Source: a virus. Taken from it: DNA of 64,000 nucleotides. Shown piece after piece: positions 57,491 to 64,000 of this stretch. How positions within the stretch are numbered: position 1 is the stretch's first letter; each line of letters opens with the position of its first letter. The stretch spans positions 1 to 64,000 of IMG/VR virus record IMGVR_UViG_3300019764_000005. The stretch is one strand, 5' to 3'. The position numbers and the translations under genes were made by a program. The notes under the pieces are model-generated. The model searched no databases and was not told the origin of the DNA. It saw only the letters and a list, made by a program, of their open reading frames with translations.

Positions 57491-57520
57491 GGAGTCCTGT
57501 AATGGGGCTCCATTTTTTTT
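57491..57520 (+). terminator. intrinsic terminator
   Basis: GGAGTCCTGTAATGGGGCTCC followed by an 8-T run. Confidence 0.75.
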
Positions 57521-57539
57521 CACTTAAAATATCACTGCT

Positions 57540-57737
57540 ATGAAAAATGGAAATTTATTAACTCGGTTTTTAACCAGAGATACAAAATCTAGCATTAGTG
57601 ATGAAGATAAACTATTTGTAGCATCATGTTTCGCTATGCAAGGGATGTTGCAGAGTTGTTACGATAGAGGGGTTAGTCCTAAAAGAACAGCTCAAGACTC
57701 AGTGATATGTGCTAAAGAACTATTGAAATTAATTTAA
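57540..57737 (+). CDS. small hypothetical protein
   Basis: FAMQGML..A..SV..A.ELL motif common in phages. Confidence 0.6.
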   Translation: MKNGNLLTRFLTRDTKSSISDEDKLFVASCFAMQGMLQSCYDRGVSPKRTAQDSVICAKELLKLI

Positions 57738-57776
57738 TTGGAAACGCTCTTTATAAAAGAGCACAAATAAAACAAT

Positions 57777-58268
57777 ATGGATAAGATAAATATTAGCGAA
57801 GAAATGAAAGTGCATGAAGAATGGTTTAAAGAAGCGAACATTCAAACACTTGAAACATTGCCTGATTTCATGAAAAAACTAACTACAGCATATAGCCACG
57901 ACTATGGGACTATTTGTCACGCTGTTAGTGCGGCTGCGCTCGGTGCGGCATATGCTATCAATAATAGTGATTGTGGTGGGATTACTGGATTTCAAGCAAG
58001 TGCCGTCATGTGGAGTTTTGTTCGACAATGGAATCACAGCAACAATAAACTTGGATTAAAATTAGTGGATTACGACAACTTGCTTTATCCACAATATGAA
58101 GATAGGTTTAAAAATAAGATTAGTACTGAACATTGGGAACGCGTTCAAGAGCATGCTAAACTTAGATTAAAGGAAAATGATGGTACGGCACACCCCAATG
58201 TTATTGCTCATTGGCAAGGAATGGCTGATGGAAATTTACCATTTGATTTCGTGATAGGAGATGACTAA
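57777..58268 (+). CDS. conserved hypothetical phage protein
   Basis: HDYGTICHA, GGITGFQA, LLYPQY and AHPNVIAHW motifs. Confidence 0.7.
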   Translation: MDKINISEEMKVHEEWFKEANIQTLETLPDFMKKLTTAYSHDYGTICHAVSAAALGAAYAINNSDCGGITGFQASAVMWSFVRQWNHSNNKLGLKLVDYDNLLYPQYEDRFKNKISTEHWERVQEHAKLRLKENDGTAHPNVIAHWQGMADGNLPFDFVIGDD

Positions 58269-58276
58269 TTTATTTT

Positions 58277-58309
58277 AAAAGAGGGAAGCTTAAACGCCTC
58301 CCTCTTTTT
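58277..58309. terminator. bidirectional terminator; exact inverted copy of 37247-37279
   Basis: AAAAGAGGGAAGCTTAAACGCCTCCCTCTTTTT between convergent genes. Confidence 0.85.
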
Positions 58310-58311
58310 TT

Positions 58312-61300
58312 TTATATTCCAGATTTTAATCCTCGATGTTTCTTTTTCTCCTTCTCTCTCACCTTCCTAGTTTTACCTGTAATTCCATATTCCGAATATC
58401 CAAGTGTCTTAAGGAAATCATCCAAGTCTCCCGTCTCTATAAGTTCGGTAGCTCCTTCCACAGTGTTCTCTATGTTTTTTAATGGCATTCTAAATAATGA
58501 TCCAAGGAAATACATGAGCTCTACATACTCATCCATATGGTCCTTCTCTTTAAAGAATCCCTTTATGGCTCTCTCCACCTGGTCATACACTCCAACTCCT
58601 AAGCTAAGTCCAAATGTTTTGCCCTGGACTTGATCCGCAATGAAATTTATCACATCTCCAACAACGAACAATGCATTAAGATTTCCCATTATTGCAGCTC
58701 TTCCGAGATCACTCCATGCATCTTCATCATCTCCGCGTATAAATGCTGTTACCCCGGATGCAACAAGCTGATAAGCCATATTAACAACTGAATGATACAT
58801 GATTAATCTCTTGATATCTTTCTTGTTCGGTTTCTTACCTGCCTTTATCGACCTTGAAATCGAATTGACTGATTGAATGGTTTGATTAAGGAATAAAATA
58901 TTAGAAGATTTAAATGTGGTCACAAGTCTATTACCAAAACTAGCATTCAATTGTGCCTGAGATAAATGAACTGCAGATCTTGTTTGTTGACTTTCCTCGT
59001 AAATATCGAATTCCTCAGAAGCCTTTTTAATCGCATCTGCTTCGCTCATTCCCTCATTCATGTACTTTGCCTTAGCTTGCATGTAGATCGGGGCATATCC
59101 GTACATTATAGCCCCTACGTCACCTGCTAAAGTTGGTGCCATAACAAACCTTTGCACTCTTTCGTAGAATCCCCTCTGTATTCCTAACTTGGCAGCTCTT
59201 TTCGATTCTCTTTTGATAAAGTCAGGATCCAAATTACTTCCCTTGTCTACTCTGGCTCGTATCTTTGGGTTATTCAAAAGGATTTCAGCAAACACTCTAC
59301 CAGCTTTCATTGGGTTGGTAGCCAATGATGCGACATCCTTCGCCCACATCACACTATTATATCCTGGGAATTTAGATGCGTTTGCATTTTGGTACTCAAC
59401 TGCTCCAGTAACAATTGATGTTAACTGAACCGGAAGTTGTTTAATCTTGGCGCCCAATACTCCAATACCATATGCTGAAACTATTGTAGAGCCCACACCG
59501 TATTCAGCTTTAAATATATCTTTGTTTATAGAATGTCTCAGTAATTTAGATACAAGATCAAATCCTTTTTTGCCAAGCTTCTGATTTGCTCTGGTCTTAA
59601 ACTTATCTGAACTTAAAATAGCACTTGTGCTTTTAGCAACATCTGCCCAAGCCATAAAATGCTCCATCTCGGTGATGTGATTACTTATAAGACCAACAAA
59701 TGACACATCCTTGCCATCTACTGCAGATTTAGTCATCAATTTCCTATCAGTAGATGTTCTTTCCTTCAGGGCTGAAGCCATGGTGGATGATAATTTAGTA
59801 AATGGATCACTATCAGTACTTATATCAACAGTCCCAGATTTAGCGCGAACTACAGGATGGTAATCCTGTCTTCCTGAGAAATCAATTCTGAATATCCTGC
59901 GGTAGACGTCATTTACCCTATCAGCATACTCAGTACTCAACCAATTCCCAACCTCATCAACAAATTGAACAAGGTCTGATCCAATTTGATCCTTCATGTT
60001 CTCAATCTCCGTAGCAGAAATGCCATTTTTTTCACTCAACTCTCTGGCTAATTCAGGCGTTCTACTCCAAGCATAAATACTCATAGCCTCACCCTTAGTA
60101 ACCACATCCACACCTTCCACTCCGTCTTTCTCAGTTCTTATCTCAATAAATTCTGACATTCTTTTATCGAGGTTTGCAAATTCTTTATCGCTTTTTAACC
60201 CAAGTGTCTTCTCAGCTATATCTTTAACTTTCTTGTGCGATTCAGCAATACCTTTAATCTCACTACTCTCAGCTTTTACAATAGGATCGTAAATCTTTTT
60301 AATTACCGTACCTTTACCAACTTCAACCGCCTCAGTGCTCATTAATTCAAGCATTGTTTTTACGTGATTTGTTGGGCGTGTAATAAAGTTAAATAAATCG
60401 GATGGGGATTCCTTAATCCTTTCCCAGACATTCTGAAGAAGAGTTTTATTTTCCTTATCCCTCCTATTTTCTGTCTTTTCATCTTTGGGCTCAATAGAGC
60501 TTTCAATATCATGGACAAGATCGCGCAATCGATTCGATTCTTTTGCTATTTCTGACTTAAGATTCTCTCTACCCGCCTTGTCAATGTCTTTTAATCTGGA
60601 CGAAAATTCATCTACAGTATCAATGTCTAAAGCATTGAAATTCCTAAAGTCCTCAATAGCCTGCAGTTCTGCATTGTATTTATTAGCGGTATGCTCTGGA
60701 CCATTAACAAGCTTATCAAGTGCTTCCTGATATGCGTCATCCATGGCTTTATTAACTCTTTCGTTCTCCAATTGAGATTGAGCTGCATTCCTCTCATCCA
60801 CTTTATCTTTCAGTTTTTTGCCGGTTAAACCTTCAGTAGAATATTTTTTAGACAGTTCACTCTTAACTTGCTTCGATATATCTTTGATAGATTTTATAAC
60901 ACCGCTTGCTTTCTGAAAATATGGAATGGTAAACACATCGCCTCCTCTGGCTTTCACCTTCCCGGAAATCTGAGTAGTCCTTGTCTTCCCGACAAATTTA
61001 GCGATATCTTTTTTCTTTCTCTTTACGGAACGCTCCTGAACATTAGCAACCACACTGTCAACTTTATCAATCTGCTTTGCTAATTGTTGAAACGAAACTG
61101 CACTTTTAACCCCAGACAATAATCTGTTAAGATCTGATTTACCGATATCCTTCCCTTCTGCTGCGTACAGAGAAGTCTTAATATAATCAAGAAGTGAGGA
61201 TTGTGATTTCCCTATGTCGGTTTTAGCTTCCTTGACTCCCTCTTTGGCTGCTCTAGCTTCAAGACGAATCTGATCCTTAAGAGCTGAATATTCGTTAACT

Positions 61301-63612
61301 GTAACCTTCTTTGTTCTTTTCGGACTAACAAATTTGTCAATTTCAGTTTGAACTTTACTTTTCACTCTTTTTTCAGGAATGGGAATAAATCGCTCGGTTA
61401 TTTCATTAAAGTATTTTTCCTTTGCTAATTTCTTCTGGTCTTCCGGTAGAGCTTCATACCATTCACTGCGCTCTATAGCTTTAAATGATTCGGTAGCTGC
61501 ATCAGCATCCGTTAGATTTTCCTGAGCCGCAGTAAATGATTTATTTGCCTTAGATAAAGTTTCCGCAGGGATAACTACACCTTCCACCTCTGGTTCGATT
61601 ACTTCTTTCGTTGGCTCTTTGGCTTCCAGCCCGTCTTCCTTAACGTCCCGTATACCAGCTTCCCGCACCTCTTCTTCGACTGGTTTTTCTTTTGACACTG
61701 CCTCTTCAACTTCTTCTCTAACTTCTTTGGCATCTTCTTTCGGTTTTACTTGTTTCTCTGGCTCAACTACTTCTTCCGGCTCCAGAATCTCATTAATATC
61801 CTTCTGTAGTTTATTCTTATTGTCAATCAAAGCTGTCTTGGTTCCTTCGTCGATAAATGGATCCTTAAGCACTTCATCTATCTTGTTAATTTCGTCAGTT
61901 TTATCAAGCACTGTCTGCCTGTTCTCAATAGACATGTCATCGATTGTTTTTTTAGCTTTAGACATTATCTGATTATTCTCCTCAATAAGAGAACTCTTTG
62001 CTTTATCAATAACAGTTTTTTGGCTTTCAGAAATAGTTGGATCATTAGCCGATTTGGTTAAAGACTGAATTTTTAGCGTATTATTCTTGACTACATCTTG
62101 TTCTGAAGGAGGAGTGAATTTATTCAATGCTTTACCCATTAAATAAGACCCCATCACTGTTTGTCCAGAAATAAATACACCGGTAATTATAGCATCGGCT
62201 AATCCGTCAGTTAACTTTACATCTTTTTCAAGCATGTATTTATCGATACTATTCTGAAGAACCTGGGTAGCACCTTCACCACTACCTTCATAAGTAAAAC
62301 CTTTTACGAGCGTCTTGGCTAATTCCTTACTGGCTTGTTTAGATGCTTCCTTGCCTCCAGACTTCATAATTCCTTTAAGAAGATTACCAGATTGCTTAAG
62401 CATTCCACCAAGTAAAATATCTCCAACAACTTCAGCACCGCCATAAGCCCATGAAGAAGCTTGTATTTCTGCCTCAGTATAATCTGCTACACCTTCTTTG
62501 ATTTCTTTTCTAAGCTCAAGCTCCTTGGTACCCGCAACCCCAATAGATGATGCTGTAATTCCAGAATAAGGGTTAATGGCAATTGCCGCCATAGTAGGTG
62601 CTGTATTAGCAAAAGCATACGATAACTGCTTACCTGCATCAATCACATTACCCGATTTAATATTATCCCATATTCCTTGATCGAAAGATTCAAGTTCTGC
62701 TTGTATAGAATCTGCCTTGTCTTTAATCTCAAAAGCCTTACTTTCAAACTCATCAGCCACAGCCTTATTCTCCTCTGGCGTCCTATTTCGTAATTCACCA
62801 GTGTCTTCATCTCTTATTTGAGGAAATACCATTGCTCCACCTGGCGCTCTAAATGGTGCATGTGCGAAAGCTTTAGATTTCTCTACAACGCCAGCCACGG
62901 TATTTAATGCACCAGCTTTAACATTACCCCATAAACTTGACAAAAAACCTTTTTCTTCAACTTTAGGTGTTTCACTCAAATCCATCTCCGGTAAATCAGT
63001 TTTTAATTGCATTGATTCAGGTAATTCCAATTCAGGTAAATCTGATTCGAGCTGTTTAGTTTTTTTCAGAACCAACATAGCGTCGCTTTTACTTATACCC
63101 TCTTCATCCGGATCTTTACCAGTGGCTTCCATATAATCCGATTTCCATCTCGTCGGATGCGTTTTTGATTTCAGTTCTCTACCTCCGATACCTATACTTC
63201 CCCAATGCGGAATCTTATCGCCTTTAATTTTCTCTGGCTTAATACCAGCTTTCCATGCACCTCTGTAATCATATTCGGCATCTTCTATACTTGGATCTTC
63301 TCCAAACTCTTCAATGAAAGCATTTTTCCATTCGATTACAGAAGGATCGTTTTTTATAAAATCCTGAAACTTTCTTTCTTCTTCACCACTTAACTTTGTC
63401 AATTCTAAATCATGGGTCGTGAGCCCCATGTCAGATTTGAACTGATCAAGTGGCACATTAAACCCTTCCCATTTTTCAGTTAAACTTGAATGAAGTTTAT
63501 TGATATTCTCCTCATTCTGCATGTCAGATTTGAACTGGTCTATAGGAACGTTAAAACCCTCCCATTTTTCGGAAAGGTTCTTATGTAGTTTAGATAAATT
63601 ATCCTGAGGCAT
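58312..63612 (-). CDS. large internal virion (DNA ejection) protein
   Basis: 1766 aa, helical, with Gly/Ala-rich membrane-like segments; duplicated N-terminal KLH..L.EKWEGFNVP.DQFKSDM motif. Confidence 0.65.
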   Translation of the reverse strand: MPQDNLSKLHKNLSEKWEGFNVPIDQFKSDMQNEENINKLHSSLTEKWEGFNVPLDQFKSDMGLTTHDLELTKLSGEEERKFQDFIKNDPSVIEWKNAFIEEFGEDPSIEDAEYDYRGAWKAGIKPEKIKGDKIPHWGSIGIGGRELKSKTHPTRWKSDYMEATGKDPDEEGISKSDAMLVLKKTKQLESDLPELELPESMQLKTDLPEMDLSETPKVEEKGFLSSLWGNVKAGALNTVAGVVEKSKAFAHAPFRAPGGAMVFPQIRDEDTGELRNRTPEENKAVADEFESKAFEIKDKADSIQAELESFDQGIWDNIKSGNVIDAGKQLSYAFANTAPTMAAIAINPYSGITASSIGVAGTKELELRKEIKEGVADYTEAEIQASSWAYGGAEVVGDILLGGMLKQSGNLLKGIMKSGGKEASKQASKELAKTLVKGFTYEGSGEGATQVLQNSIDKYMLEKDVKLTDGLADAIITGVFISGQTVMGSYLMGKALNKFTPPSEQDVVKNNTLKIQSLTKSANDPTISESQKTVIDKAKSSLIEENNQIMSKAKKTIDDMSIENRQTVLDKTDEINKIDEVLKDPFIDEGTKTALIDNKNKLQKDINEILEPEEVVEPEKQVKPKEDAKEVREEVEEAVSKEKPVEEEVREAGIRDVKEDGLEAKEPTKEVIEPEVEGVVIPAETLSKANKSFTAAQENLTDADAATESFKAIERSEWYEALPEDQKKLAKEKYFNEITERFIPIPEKRVKSKVQTEIDKFVSPKRTKKVTVNEYSALKDQIRLEARAAKEGVKEAKTDIGKSQSSLLDYIKTSLYAAEGKDIGKSDLNRLLSGVKSAVSFQQLAKQIDKVDSVVANVQERSVKRKKKDIAKFVGKTRTTQISGKVKARGGDVFTIPYFQKASGVIKSIKDISKQVKSELSKKYSTEGLTGKKLKDKVDERNAAQSQLENERVNKAMDDAYQEALDKLVNGPEHTANKYNAELQAIEDFRNFNALDIDTVDEFSSRLKDIDKAGRENLKSEIAKESNRLRDLVHDIESSIEPKDEKTENRRDKENKTLLQNVWERIKESPSDLFNFITRPTNHVKTMLELMSTEAVEVGKGTVIKKIYDPIVKAESSEIKGIAESHKKVKDIAEKTLGLKSDKEFANLDKRMSEFIEIRTEKDGVEGVDVVTKGEAMSIYAWSRTPELARELSEKNGISATEIENMKDQIGSDLVQFVDEVGNWLSTEYADRVNDVYRRIFRIDFSGRQDYHPVVRAKSGTVDISTDSDPFTKLSSTMASALKERTSTDRKLMTKSAVDGKDVSFVGLISNHITEMEHFMAWADVAKSTSAILSSDKFKTRANQKLGKKGFDLVSKLLRHSINKDIFKAEYGVGSTIVSAYGIGVLGAKIKQLPVQLTSIVTGAVEYQNANASKFPGYNSVMWAKDVASLATNPMKAGRVFAEILLNNPKIRARVDKGSNLDPDFIKRESKRAAKLGIQRGFYERVQRFVMAPTLAGDVGAIMYGYAPIYMQAKAKYMNEGMSEADAIKKASEEFDIYEESQQTRSAVHLSQAQLNASFGNRLVTTFKSSNILFLNQTIQSVNSISRSIKAGKKPNKKDIKRLIMYHSVVNMAYQLVASGVTAFIRGDDEDAWSDLGRAAIMGNLNALFVVGDVINFIADQVQGKTFGLSLGVGVYDQVERAIKGFFKEKDHMDEYVELMYFLGSLFRMPLKNIENTVEGATELIETGDLDDFLKTLGYSEYGITGKTRKVREKEKKKHRGLKSGI

Positions 63613-63622
63613 ATCTTATATT

Positions 63623-64000
63623 TTAGTAGGCTCCACCGGTACCCGTTGGTTTTTCAATTTCTTTTTTAGCTGGCTCTTCCTTTTCTTTTTTATCAGAAAG
63701 CCTATCCATCATCTTCACAATCTCTTTCTTAAATGACTTATCGGTGTATCCAGTGGCTCTATCCACTTCTTTACCATCTTTATCTCTCACTATCATCTTA
63801 TGAGTTGAAAAAATATTTCCAATTGACTCATCTACCACATACCCCTCTCCTTTTATAGCTTGAACTGCCGGGAATGCAGCATTTAAAATATCTTTTTCAT
63901 TGTCAGCCTTATCTAATTGAGTTTTCGATAGTTCAAACGACCCCTCTTTAGTTCTGGCAAACATACTTCCTTCTTTTGGTGAAAGATCCATCTGCAACAC
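63623..64000 (-). CDS. 3' part of a virion protein gene (starts beyond the window)
   Basis: Frame is open to the window edge; co-oriented with the ejection protein gene. Confidence 0.6.
   Translation of the reverse strand: MLQMDLSPKEGSMFARTKEGSFELSKTQLDKADNEKDILNAAFPAVQAIKGEGYVVDESIGNIFSTHKMIVRDKDGKEVDRATGYTDKSFKKEIVKMMDRLSDKKEKEEPAKKEIEKPTGTGGAY

Noticed and set aside
1856-63393. Numerous short antisense or overlapping ORFs in the track (e.g. 6941-7321, 19349-19741, 31729-32118, 61619-61972)
   Set aside because: Shadow frames of long, well-supported genes on the opposite strand.
58312-63612. Virion RNA polymerase
   Set aside because: No DxDxD-type two-barrel or T7/N4-type catalytic motif was recognisable; called only an internal virion protein.
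1-64000. Stop-codon reassignment as in some crAss-like phages
   Set aside because: Long genes are intact under the standard code, and TAA, TAG and TGA all end genes at sensible positions.
1-64000. Integrase or prophage boundaries
   Set aside because: No tyrosine or serine recombinase was recognised, and host-like genes (dnaB, dnaN, ruvA, groEL) are divergent and embedded among phage genes rather than in chromosomal context.

Overview
The whole window is part of a Bacteroidota-infecting tailed phage genome: a podovirus with crAss-like/Cellulophaga phi38:1-like head genes, AT-rich, standard genetic code. It holds capsid, portal and terminase genes, a GroEL/GroES chaperonin cluster, tail-fibre and lysis genes, a lambdoid-type replication module (iteron-bearing initiator plus DnaB), host-like dnaN, ruvA and SSB, three tRNA or tRNA-like genes, and a divergent early/middle region around a ~2 kb non-coding stretch. 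The most striking unexplained structure is a set of five dispersed, integron-cassette-like elements with the architecture TAAC-[inverted repeat A]-GTTA-[inverted repeat B]-TAAC. In three of them an ORF runs through the central GTTA in the same frame and stops at the final TAAC, suggesting combinatorial shuffling of N- and C-terminal protein modules. The other two carry whole cargo genes in loop A or loop B. Shared flanking repeats and a duplicated empty module accompany them; I recognise no recombinase in the window. Also notable: Fur-box-like palindromes over many promoters, five boxA-like hairpins, a tRNA with an aberrant anticodon loop, and an identical inverted terminator pair flanking 21 kb. 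All product calls come from motif recognition by eye, not database searches.
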